Shown: positions 1 through 8,814 of the stretch, in pieces
Layout: every line of letters starts with the position of its first letter
How positions within the stretch are numbered: the stretch's first letter is position 1
IMG/VR virus record: IMGVR_UViG_3300005805_000049
Location: 62,218 to 126,217 of that record
Origin: a virus
Length of the DNA: 64,000 nt
Reading direction: 5' to 3' (one strand)
The notes under the pieces: generated by a model
Seen by the model: only the letters and a program-made list of their open reading frames with translations
Database searches by the model: none
Told to the model about the DNA's origin: nothing
Translations under genes and position numbers: made by a program

Positions 1-18
1 ACTGATGAGGCGATCTCT

Positions 19-2514
19 ATGCATTTTTATACCAGCGCCACACAGCGAGGGAACAACATTCTTGTCTGTGGATACAATGATGGAAAGCGATATAAACAAA
101 AGGTTCGTTACAAGCCATATCTATTCGTTCCAACAAACCAGTACAGTAAATACAAAACGATTGGCGGCAAGTCTGTCGGACGGATGGACTTTGATTCAAT
201 TGCTGACGCTCGTAACTTCGTTGAGCAATACAAAGAAGTTGATAACTTTGAAGTGTATGGGTCGACCAACTATCAATATGTCTATCTACACGACACTTTT
301 AAACAAACTAAGTATGACTCTCGTCTGATTAAGACTGTAGTGTTGGACATCGAAGTTTCTACTGAGGATGGGTATCCAGACATCCAGACTGCTCAATCTG
401 CAATTACTGCAATCACCATGATGTATGACGATATTACTTTTGTGCTTGGCTATGGAGAATTTAACACTTCTGATACGACGATCAAGTACATCAAATGTGC
501 TGATGAGCAAGAGTTATTGAATCGATTTATTAAGCTATTTTCCCATGATGTGTATCGACCTGACGTGATTACAGGATGGAACGTTGAAATGTTTGATATT
601 CCATACTGCGTCAATCGGATCACTAATGTGTTAGGAGAAGCTTATGCAAAAAAGCTTTCTCCTTTTGAAGTATTGGACCAACGAACGATTGAGTATATGG
701 GGCACGAGAATGTTGCTTTCACTCCTGTTGGTGTGAACATTCTTGATTATTTGCATCTGTACAAAAAGTTTACTTATTCGCAACAAGAGTCTTATAAGCT
801 AGACCATATTGCGTTCGTTGAACTTGGAGAACGTAAACTGGACTACTCTGAGTATGGATCATTGCATAACTTATACGTCAATGACCATCAGAAGTTTATT
901 GAGTATAACATTCGAGATTGTGGTCTAGTTCGCCGTCTGGATAATAAGATGAAGCTGTTGGATTTGGTCTACACGATTGCTTACGATTCAACTACCAACT
1001 ATATCGATTCATTGGCAACGGTTCGATCATGGGATGTTGTAATTCACAACTACCTCATTGACCAGAACATCGTTGTTCCAAACCCAAAGAAGTCAGAAGT
1101 TAATAGACAACCTGTTGGAGCCCACGTTAAGAATCCTCAGACCGGGGCATTTGATTGGGTGGTGTCGTTCGATTTGACAAGTTTGTATCCTCACTTAATC
1201 ATGTCATACAACATTTCGCCAGATACTATTCGGGGTAAAGTTCCAAATCAATTGTCAATCGATCAATTATTGGACGGCAAATCTGATATCTATCATAAGT
1301 ATCTTGATGTTAATAACTATTCAATGGCTGCAAGTGGATGTGTATTTACCAAAGATAAACAAGGTTTCTTACCAGCATTGATGAAACAATTGTTTGACAA
1401 ACGTAAACAATTTAAAGATGAGATGCTCAAGCTGAAGAAGCAGTATGAGAAAAACAAGACTACAGAGCTTGAGTACCTGATTGCAAAATACGACAATCTT
1501 CAGATGGCAATGAAGATTCGATTGAACTCTGCGTACGGAGCGCTTGCGAATCCGTACTTCAGGTGGTTTGATCTTCGCTATGCGGAATCGATTACAATGT
1601 CTGGGCAGCTAACGATTCGATGGGCTGAAAAGCATATTAATCAGTGGATGAACGATAAGCTCGGGACTACCGATGTTGACTATGTAATTGCATCTGATAC
1701 TGATTCGTTGTATATCAACATGGGTGATTTGGTTAAACAGCTACATCCAAACAAAGATAAATTGTCGACCGTTCAGTTTATCGATCAACTATGTGAACAA
1801 CAAATTCAGCCATTCCTCAACCAGATTTACCAACAACTGTCAGACTCGATGAGATGTTATTGGCAAGGAATGCATATGAAGCGAGAAGGGATCTCTGACC
1901 GTGGAATATTTGTTGCAAAGAAACGATACATTCTCAATGTGTACAATAACGAGGGCGTTCAGTTCGAAACGCCGAAGCTGAAAGTGATGGGCATTGAGGC
2001 AGTTCGTTCGTCTACACCAGCATGTTGCCGGCAATCGCTGAAAGATGCGTTGAAAGTTATTCTACAAGGAACTGAGCAGCAAACGGTCGACTTCATTGAG
2101 CAGTTCAGACAACAGTTCAACAAGCTACCTTTCGAAGAAGTTGCGTTTCCTAGAGGAGTAAATGGGCTTGACAAATACCACGATTCAGGTACAATATACA
2201 AGAAAGCAACGCCGATCCATGTGCGTGGAGCGTTGTTGTTCAATCACAAATTGAAGCAAATGCGTTTGAACACGAAGTATCAGCAGATCTTCGACAAAGA
2301 GAAGATCAAGTTCTGCTACTTGAAGATGCCAAACCCTTTGCGAGAGAATGTGATATCTTCGCCGGGCAAACTTCCAACTGAATTCGGTCTCGACAAGTAC
2401 ATTGATTATGAGGCACAGTTTAACAAAGCATTCATTGAACCGATCAAGACGATTCTTGATGCTATTGGTTGGAAAGTAGAACAGACTAACACCGTTTCGT
2501 TATTCTTCAGATAA
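19..2514 (+). CDS. 43: DNA polymerase family B (T4 gp43-like)
   Basis: Exo I LDIEV, region II SFDLTSLYP, KIRLNSAYG, ASDTDS motifs; 831 aa. Confidence 0.97.
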   Translation: MHFYTSATQRGNNILVCGYNDGKRYKQKVRYKPYLFVPTNQYSKYKTIGGKSVGRMDFDSIADARNFVEQYKEVDNFEVYGSTNYQYVYLHDTFKQTKYDSRLIKTVVLDIEVSTEDGYPDIQTAQSAITAITMMYDDITFVLGYGEFNTSDTTIKYIKCADEQELLNRFIKLFSHDVYRPDVITGWNVEMFDIPYCVNRITNVLGEAYAKKLSPFEVLDQRTIEYMGHENVAFTPVGVNILDYLHLYKKFTYSQQESYKLDHIAFVELGERKLDYSEYGSLHNLYVNDHQKFIEYNIRDCGLVRRLDNKMKLLDLVYTIAYDSTTNYIDSLATVRSWDVVIHNYLIDQNIVVPNPKKSEVNRQPVGAHVKNPQTGAFDWVVSFDLTSLYPHLIMSYNISPDTIRGKVPNQLSIDQLLDGKSDIYHKYLDVNNYSMAASGCVFTKDKQGFLPALMKQLFDKRKQFKDEMLKLKKQYEKNKTTELEYLIAKYDNLQMAMKIRLNSAYGALANPYFRWFDLRYAESITMSGQLTIRWAEKHINQWMNDKLGTTDVDYVIASDTDSLYINMGDLVKQLHPNKDKLSTVQFIDQLCEQQIQPFLNQIYQQLSDSMRCYWQGMHMKREGISDRGIFVAKKRYILNVYNNEGVQFETPKLKVMGIEAVRSSTPACCRQSLKDALKVILQGTEQQTVDFIEQFRQQFNKLPFEEVAFPRGVNGLDKYHDSGTIYKKATPIHVRGALLFNHKLKQMRLNTKYQQIFDKEKIKFCYLKMPNPLRENVISSPGKLPTEFGLDKYIDYEAQFNKAFIEPIKTILDAIGWKVEQTNTVSLFFR

Positions 2515-2521
2515 AGGACAA

Positions 2522-3583
2522 ATGTTAATGAGCTTAAAAGACAAACTACTGAAAAACTCAACAATCAAAGAGACTGCTGTGTTATCGCAGTCTAAATTGT
2601 TTACTAAAAAGGACATGATTCCTACATCAATTCCAATGATCAACGTTGCGTTTTCTGGATCGATTGATGGGGGATTCACGCCTGGGTTAACCACCTTAGC
2701 GGGTCCTTCAAAGCACTTTAAGACGGGATTCACTCTTCTTTTGGTTAAGTCGTTTTTGACCAAGTATCCTGACGGCATTGTACTGTTCTATGATTCAGAA
2801 TTTGGTACTCCTCAGCAGTACTTCCAGTCATTCAATATCAATGTCGACAATGTCATTCACACTCCAATCGTTGACGTTGAGCAATTGAAATTCGATGTAA
2901 TGAAGCAGCTGCAAGAACTAGACCGAGAAGACAATGTAATGATTGTCATTGACTCAATCGGCAATCTTGCATCGAAGAAAGAAGTTGAGGACACTCTGAA
3001 CGAGAAGTCTGTTGCAGATATGTCTCGAGCGAAGCAATTGAAGTCGTTGTTTCGGATGGTTACCCCTCATCTAACATTAAAAAACATTCCGATGGTTGTC
3101 GTTAACCACACGTACAAAGAGCTATCGATGTTTCCAAAAGATATCGTTTCTGGGGGCACAGGAAGTTATTATTCTTCAGATACTATTTGGATTCTCGGAA
3201 GACAGCAGGATAAAGACGGTAAGGAAATTCAAGGGTACCACTTTATTATCAACGTTGAAAAATCTCGCTACGTCAAAGAAAAGTCCAAGATTCCAATCTC
3301 AATTTCATGGCAAGGAGGAATCAACAAATGGTCTGGTCTACTAGAACTTGCTCTGGAGCACAAGTCTGTTGTAAAGACTAAGCCAGGCTGGTACGCTGCA
3401 TGTGATAAGGATGGAGTAGTTGTTTCTGATAGTTATCGAGAAATTGACGTGATTAACAATAAGCAATTTTGGATCGACCGATTAAAGAACACCGATCTCG
3501 CTGAGTTTATCAAGCAAAAATATCAAGCATCGCATCAAGGAGGAATGTTAGACGATAACGAAGAGGGCACAGATGAAGTATAA
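2522..3583 (+). CDS. uvsX: RecA-like recombinase UvsX
   Basis: AGPSKHFKT Walker A variant, YDSEFG, IDSIGNLASKKE typical of UvsX. Confidence 0.95.
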   Translation: MLMSLKDKLLKNSTIKETAVLSQSKLFTKKDMIPTSIPMINVAFSGSIDGGFTPGLTTLAGPSKHFKTGFTLLLVKSFLTKYPDGIVLFYDSEFGTPQQYFQSFNINVDNVIHTPIVDVEQLKFDVMKQLQELDREDNVMIVIDSIGNLASKKEVEDTLNEKSVADMSRAKQLKSLFRMVTPHLTLKNIPMVVVNHTYKELSMFPKDIVSGGTGSYYSSDTIWILGRQQDKDGKEIQGYHFIINVEKSRYVKEKSKIPISISWQGGINKWSGLLELALEHKSVVKTKPGWYAACDKDGVVVSDSYREIDVINNKQFWIDRLKNTDLAEFIKQKYQASHQGGMLDDNEEGTDEV

Positions 3584-3809
3584 TATTGTGATTAAAGAGA
3601 ATGATGACATTGAACTCCAAGAAACTACTTGTCGCAAACCGCTTGGTTGTCAGTGTATCATTGATAGTTCTGATCCATGTGGCTATGATAGATATATGAT
3701 TCAGCAAAAGGTAATTGAGTATTATAAGCATAGAGCTAAGTCGATTGCTGATATGACCAACGAACAATTCCTACAGTGCTATGGATTTTATTATGATAAG
3801 GGAGAATAA
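3573..3809 (+). CDS. hypothetical protein
   Basis: ORF overlapping neighbours between uvsX and 41. Confidence 0.6.
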   Translation: MKYNIVIKENDDIELQETTCRKPLGCQCIIDSSDPCGYDRYMIQQKVIEYYKHRAKSIADMTNEQFLQCYGFYYDKGE

Positions 3810-5197
3810 TGGAACACACGATACTTGCTAACCTAATTGACAATGAACCTTATGGCAGGAAGGTGATTGCATTTCTAAAGGATGAGTATTTTCACGATCA
3901 GGCAGACAGGCAACTGTTTTGCCTGATCGACAGCCACCTAAAGAAGTACAACACGTTCCCAACAAAGGAAATTTTGTACATCGACCTTCAAAACGTCGAC
4001 AATTTATCTGAGCAGCAATACTCTCAGACGAAGAACCTGATTGCAGGGTTATCCACTGATAAAACCACTGATGTAAATTGGTTGATCGACAAGACCGAAC
4101 AATTTTGTCAGGATAAAGCAGTATATAATGCTATCAGACAATCTATCAAGATTATCGATGATGACAGCCAGTTAACGAAGGCAGCAATTCCAAAGATTCT
4201 TCAGGATGCATTGCAAGTCAGTTTTGATAGTAATATCGGCCATAGTTTCCTTGATGATGCAGATGATCGATATGATAGTTACCACACCAAAGAGAAACGA
4301 ATCGACTTTAACATCGAGTATCTGAACAAAATTACCCAAGGAGGGTTGCCTCAAAAGACTTTAAACTGCCTTCTGGCTGGTACGGGTGTAGGAAAAAGTC
4401 TCGCGATGTGCCATATGGCATCTCATAACTTATTGTGCAATAGAAACGTTTTGTACATCACTCTTGAAATGGCTGAAGAACGAATTGCACAGCGAATTGA
4501 TGCTAACTTGCTAGATGTTACAATCTCCGAATTAATCGCTTTATCTAAAGTAGATTATCTAAAGAAAGTTGACAGACTAAAACAAACAACACGAGGAAAA
4601 CTGATCATCAAGGAGTATCCAACTGCATCTGCTGGGTCAGCTCACTTTCGACATTTGCTCAATGAACTACGAATAAAAAAGAACTTCGTTCCTGATATCA
4701 TCTACATCGATTACCTTAACCTTTGCGTCTCTGCTAGGATTAAAAATGGCGCTCAGGCAAATACATATACGTATATTAAATCGATTGCAGAGGAATTAAG
4801 AGGGCTTGCTGTAGAATTCAATTTACCTATTGTTACCGCAACGCAGGCAAATAGATCTGCACTAAATTCTTCTGATATGGGATTGGAAAACACATCAGAT
4901 TCAATCGGTCTTCCAATGACAGTTGATTTCATGATTGCAATGATTTCAACTGAAGAATTGGATCAATTGGGCCAGATCATGTTTAAGCAATTGAAGAACA
5001 GGTACGGAGATCCTTCTCTATACAAACGTTTTGTTGTTGGAGTTGACAAGTCGAAAATGAGATTATATGATGTTGATGCTTCCCAACAAGAAGAAATTGA
5101 TGAAGGGCCTGTGATGGACAGTGGACATTTCATGGAAGAAGAAACGGAACGAGGTAAAAAGGTATTCGATCGTTCAAAGTTTAGAGGATTTAATTGA
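3809..5197 (+). CDS. 41: replicative DnaB-like helicase (T4 gp41-like)
   Basis: AGTGVGKS Walker A, YITLEMAEERI, IDYLN, TATQANR, KQLKNRY. Confidence 0.96.
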   Translation: MEHTILANLIDNEPYGRKVIAFLKDEYFHDQADRQLFCLIDSHLKKYNTFPTKEILYIDLQNVDNLSEQQYSQTKNLIAGLSTDKTTDVNWLIDKTEQFCQDKAVYNAIRQSIKIIDDDSQLTKAAIPKILQDALQVSFDSNIGHSFLDDADDRYDSYHTKEKRIDFNIEYLNKITQGGLPQKTLNCLLAGTGVGKSLAMCHMASHNLLCNRNVLYITLEMAEERIAQRIDANLLDVTISELIALSKVDYLKKVDRLKQTTRGKLIIKEYPTASAGSAHFRHLLNELRIKKNFVPDIIYIDYLNLCVSARIKNGAQANTYTYIKSIAEELRGLAVEFNLPIVTATQANRSALNSSDMGLENTSDSIGLPMTVDFMIAMISTEELDQLGQIMFKQLKNRYGDPSLYKRFVVGVDKSKMRLYDVDASQQEEIDEGPVMDSGHFMEEETERGKKVFDRSKFRGFN

Positions 5198-5412
5198 TGG
5201 TCAACGGAAAAATTACTACCATTAACAGAAGGTTAATTCATCTTCAACAGTTGCATCAAACTGTTGATTTTGTGCTAGAAAGTGAGTACTTTGACAGCGA
5301 TGAAAGGATGGAGCTTGTTGATGGTCTGAAGAAAGAAATCACAACTGCATTGAATTCTATCGTTCACGATCTTAACACAGCGAGGAAATTGAATGAAGTA
5401 TCAAGTGGTTAA
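5194..5412 (+). CDS. hypothetical protein
   Basis: ORF coupled to the gp41 stop. Confidence 0.6.
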   Translation: MMVNGKITTINRRLIHLQQLHQTVDFVLESEYFDSDERMELVDGLKKEITTALNSIVHDLNTARKLNEVSSG

Positions 5413-5584
5413 GCACTCTAACCGATATAACGTGATTGAAGTTGCAACCGGTCATCTGATTCGTCAGTTTGACCGATCATACCAGGCATACCATCATGTC
5501 AATCACTTGAACTCAGTTTCAGTAGGTTTTGATGGATGGACGCCAGAATTCTTCCTCAAAAATCGAGGTATTATAAATAGCTAA
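5393..5584 (+). CDS. small hypothetical protein
   Basis: ORF with C-terminal GFDGWTPEFF; coupled to upstream ORF. Confidence 0.65.
   Translation: MKYQVVKHSNRYNVIEVATGHLIRQFDRSYQAYHHVNHLNSVSVGFDGWTPEFFLKNRGIINS
5572..5579 (+). promoter_or_regulatory. T4-type late promoter
   Basis: exact TATAAATA, followed by a non-coding structured region. Confidence 0.75.
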
Positions 5585-5587
5585 GCT

Positions 5588-5690
5588 AAATCGTGTCTAT
5601 AGCTCAAGCTATAAGAGGCAAGTGGATTATTAGACTAAATCCCAAGGAAGTGACGAGGTCAGAGGTGGGGTTCCTCTCGTCCGCGATTTT
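5588..5690 (+). ncRNA. putative structured ncRNA (multi-stem junction)
   Basis: closing stem AAATCGTG/CGCGATTT; internal hairpins TATAGC-TCAA-GCTATA, TGGATT..AATCC(C)A and GACGAG..AGG-TGGGGTT-CCT-CTCGTC; lies between a late promoter and a terminator. Confidence 0.6.
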
Positions 5691-5703
5691 CTGCAAGCAT
5701 TAG

Positions 5704-5738
5704 AAACAGAGAGAGGTGGCAGCCTCTCTGTTTTTTTA
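5704..5738. terminator. intrinsic terminator, probably bidirectional
   Basis: AAACAGAGAGAGG-TGGCAG-CCTCTCTG-T7 between convergent units. Confidence 0.8.
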
Positions 5739-6341
5739 GTTGTACCATTTAGAGTATGGCTTAATTAACGGTGGCTTTCCATTATCGCCAACACCAGAAT
5801 CGATTGCAAAAAGCACGCCAGTCTGGCGATCTTTAATTACTGCAGCATAATGAGTCCACTTGAACAATCCGCCTTTCCAGTTTGGTGCCATGATATCATG
5901 AAACTTTAATGCGCCAATTTTATTCAGAATAATTAGATAAGAAGTGGAATTGGTTGCTTCATCTACACAATCCATTTGTGAAGGATCACCAGCTCCAAAC
6001 GCGCCAAGCGACGCTCTATCTTTATCCGTACCAGTTGCTGTGCCAACATTCTGCTCAATTACTGCAATTGCTTTGCGAAGAGCAGCTCTTTCTTGTTCGG
6101 CATCATTGACGCTAACGAACATCGCCTTTAACTGTTCAATGAATTTGAAATCAAACGTAAATTCGTGAATTGTTGAACAGCCATGACCCGAACACACATA
6201 CACCGTTCGACCAGTTGGATACTGAGCTTTATTGTACTTAGAAATATGGGATTTGATATTGTCGGTATCGACTTTAACTGCAGCGGTTGCAGGCGTGAAT
6301 AAAAATGGAATGGCTAGTAACGCAAGTTTGGCAGATTTCAT
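5736..6341 (-). CDS. secreted protein, possible transglutaminase/cysteine-protease-like fold
   Basis: start MKSAKLALLAIPFLFTPATA (signal peptide) after GGAG; candidate Cys-His-Asp in QMDCVDE, HYAAVI, FAIDS. Confidence 0.6.
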   Translation of the reverse strand: MKSAKLALLAIPFLFTPATAAVKVDTDNIKSHISKYNKAQYPTGRTVYVCSGHGCSTIHEFTFDFKFIEQLKAMFVSVNDAEQERAALRKAIAVIEQNVGTATGTDKDRASLGAFGAGDPSQMDCVDEATNSTSYLIILNKIGALKFHDIMAPNWKGGLFKWTHYAAVIKDRQTGVLFAIDSGVGDNGKPPLIKPYSKWYN

Positions 6342-6373
6342 ATAAGTCTCCATCGTGTTTGTTGTCTTGATGG

Positions 6374-6381
6374 TATTTATA
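6374..6381 (-). promoter_or_regulatory. T4-type late promoter (minus strand)
   Basis: TATTTATA on + strand = TATAAATA on -, upstream of the 6341 start. Confidence 0.7.
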
Positions 6382-6416
6382 AAGATAGAGTTTTCAACAA
6401 CTGCGTATAGTTTTAT

Positions 6417-6424
6417 TATAAATA
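6417..6424 (+). promoter_or_regulatory. T4-type late promoter
   Basis: exact TATAAATA 33 nt upstream of ATG 6458. Confidence 0.75.
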
Positions 6425-6457
6425 CATAGAAACTCAATTTCATTTCAGGAAAAAATA

Positions 6458-7690
6458 ATGCTAACCTTTCATCAGTTCTTGATAGAATCAGTAAAAAGAG
6501 CAGAGTCTGCAGCTCTAGTTAACACCCGGGGATTTATTAGCGAGTATGCGCTTAAACATAGTTTGGATCACTATCACAACAAAAGACGTGAAGGAATGGA
6601 TCACGAAGAAGCCCTGAAAAGTGTGGCTCGCAGCCGCAACAAAATAACGAAACAGACCGCCAACGTGCCAGAAGTGCAACAAATTTCTCATCAAATTTCT
6701 CCAGCAGAATTCAACAAAACGGTTGAGGATACTCACGACCATGCCTTGCATTTAATTCAACATTTGCATGACAATGAAGGAGGAATATCAGGTCCAAGCG
6801 TTGCCACTGGAGGAATGCAATCACAAACCATCAAAGCGCATTTTGGCCAAGAAACCGCTGCTGACGTGTTAGTTCCAGTAAACAAAGGTCCGCATACTCA
6901 TGTTGGAGTCAGTTTAAAATACTCGACGTCCTCAAAACCAGCTATTATTAAAGTTAATACACCAGGGGCTGGGATAGTTCACGAGCACCTTCAAGATCTA
7001 CATCAAAAAGTATTTGGCAAGCGCAACGCCGAACTGCAATCGGCATGGGAAAGTTTTTCGCCTAAATTAAAAGGGTCCGTTGCCGACCCGAAATCCTCCA
7101 AATTCATTGAGCATCTAAAAGGTGTGTGGAAGACTACTCAATCTACAACAAAAGTTCCTCCCGTTCGCAGTTTGTTGCGAAAAGCAAGTAGAGGACAGTT
7201 AGGGGATCAATATAAATTTGACTACACCAAGCCGGACCAAAAGGCTGCTACTAAATTTGGAGAACAGGCCCGACAAGCATATAATCAAGCTTATTCTGTT
7301 AAAAGCGACAAAGATTTTGTGGCGTATTCTGGGTTGGCTGAGCAACATTTACAGAAAGTATTTGACCGTGTAGCTAAAAGCAATAATCCAGCCCACGTTC
7401 AGGCAGTTCACGACTTCATTCATAAAATTACAAACACTCACCCTGAAGAACCTAAAATAAAAACTGTGTTGATGTCAATCCACAGAGATGCTATTCCTCA
7501 AGCACCAGTTCACACCGGTTCCGCAATTGCATCGAAACTGCGCGAAGCAGGCAATAAGTTTTCAGTATCTCGTAAGTCCCATTCCACTACAATCAATGTT
7601 GCTGGAATGAAGATAACCTGGGCTCGAAACGATCCTGCTCGAGGTAACCCAGTAAATATCTCATATTCTCACCTTAAAGGAAATAATTGA
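6458..7690 (+). CDS. putative head-internal protein with PD-(D/E)xK-like nuclease motif
   Basis: N-terminus MLTFHQFLIE (capsid-targeting-like); E..AD-x15-SLK arrangement (ISEYAL, AADVLV, GVSLKY). Confidence 0.5.
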   Translation: MLTFHQFLIESVKRAESAALVNTRGFISEYALKHSLDHYHNKRREGMDHEEALKSVARSRNKITKQTANVPEVQQISHQISPAEFNKTVEDTHDHALHLIQHLHDNEGGISGPSVATGGMQSQTIKAHFGQETAADVLVPVNKGPHTHVGVSLKYSTSSKPAIIKVNTPGAGIVHEHLQDLHQKVFGKRNAELQSAWESFSPKLKGSVADPKSSKFIEHLKGVWKTTQSTTKVPPVRSLLRKASRGQLGDQYKFDYTKPDQKAATKFGEQARQAYNQAYSVKSDKDFVAYSGLAEQHLQKVFDRVAKSNNPAHVQAVHDFIHKITNTHPEEPKIKTVLMSIHRDAIPQAPVHTGSAIASKLREAGNKFSVSRKSHSTTINVAGMKITWARNDPARGNPVNISYSHLKGNN

Positions 7691-8814
7691 TGCTTCGGTT
7701 CTCTCAGTTCATTCAAGAACAGTTGATTGTAGAAGGCGGAGGGCTTGGAATCTTTAAGCCTCAGCAAGGAAAGATTGTCGCTCACTCGATGCCTAAAAAA
7801 GATGAAAGAGAAGGTAATCTTAGCAGTGAACCTTTACCTCTTGAGCACAAGGAAGACATCCATCACGCTCTTGCATCGGTAGCACAGATATTTAAAAAAC
7901 ACACTGGCGATCATTTGTTTGGCAATAAGGACCAATCTCTACACAACCACCAAGCATATGCGGGATCAACTCGCCATGTAATGGGTACCGACCCAAAAAC
8001 AGTTCGCCATTGGTTCGGTCTTCAAGGAAAGAAAGGACCGAGTGCTGAAAGCATCGGAGATTTCGATGTTCATGGAAACACTTCTGTGATTGCCAAACAC
8101 GGGTTAGACAATATATTTGACACTAACCAGAAGTTGGGTAAAGGAAATGTTCGAATGGTTGGAATGATCAAAGCTGGATCGGGCCATCATTTATTGTTCG
8201 AGCACACTGATCATACAGGTCAAAAAAGACACGTTCAAGTAGACTTACTGCACACCAAATACGATGGAAATGCTCCAAATAAAGACCGAGCAATTGGAAC
8301 TGGATCAGAAGTCGATGATCTCAAACAAGGAATTAAAGGAGTTTCTCGACAAGAACTAGCCAGTGCTATGGTAAAGGTTGTTGGAGGCAAAGCTGAAGGT
8401 AAAAGGTTTGTTAGTGAAAAAACAGGTAAGCCTGTAAAACTTTCAGACAGAGACCAGTATAATTATCGTATGGGATCTGAATCTAACAAGGTCAGAGCTG
8501 GCATATTACCTCATCCGGGAGGTCAACCAAATGATGTTCATGTTACTTCATATGATCACGTTCGGTCTGGTCAAGTAAAGGAAGAAGCTTTACACGACTT
8601 CATTAATAGGCATTTTGGGACGAAATATAAGCACGAAGACGTTGCGTCGTTTACTGGACTTGCAAAGATAGCAAAAAAACATATGAAACCACAAGATCAT
8701 AAGAGCTTAACCAAAATGTGGTATGATAAAATCATACAGCAACATCCTGGCGATGATGGAAAAGGTGCGCAGCATGTATTGAATGCAAAACGAGTGCTAG
8801 AAGGAACAGCTTAA
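7690..8814 (+). CDS. putative head-internal Pol-beta superfamily nucleotidyltransferase
   Basis: N-terminus MLRFSQFIQE; AGS...GDFDV...QVDL catalytic pattern. Confidence 0.6.
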   Translation: MLRFSQFIQEQLIVEGGGLGIFKPQQGKIVAHSMPKKDEREGNLSSEPLPLEHKEDIHHALASVAQIFKKHTGDHLFGNKDQSLHNHQAYAGSTRHVMGTDPKTVRHWFGLQGKKGPSAESIGDFDVHGNTSVIAKHGLDNIFDTNQKLGKGNVRMVGMIKAGSGHHLLFEHTDHTGQKRHVQVDLLHTKYDGNAPNKDRAIGTGSEVDDLKQGIKGVSRQELASAMVKVVGGKAEGKRFVSEKTGKPVKLSDRDQYNYRMGSESNKVRAGILPHPGGQPNDVHVTSYDHVRSGQVKEEALHDFINRHFGTKYKHEDVASFTGLAKIAKKHMKPQDHKSLTKMWYDKIIQQHPGDDGKGAQHVLNAKRVLEGTA

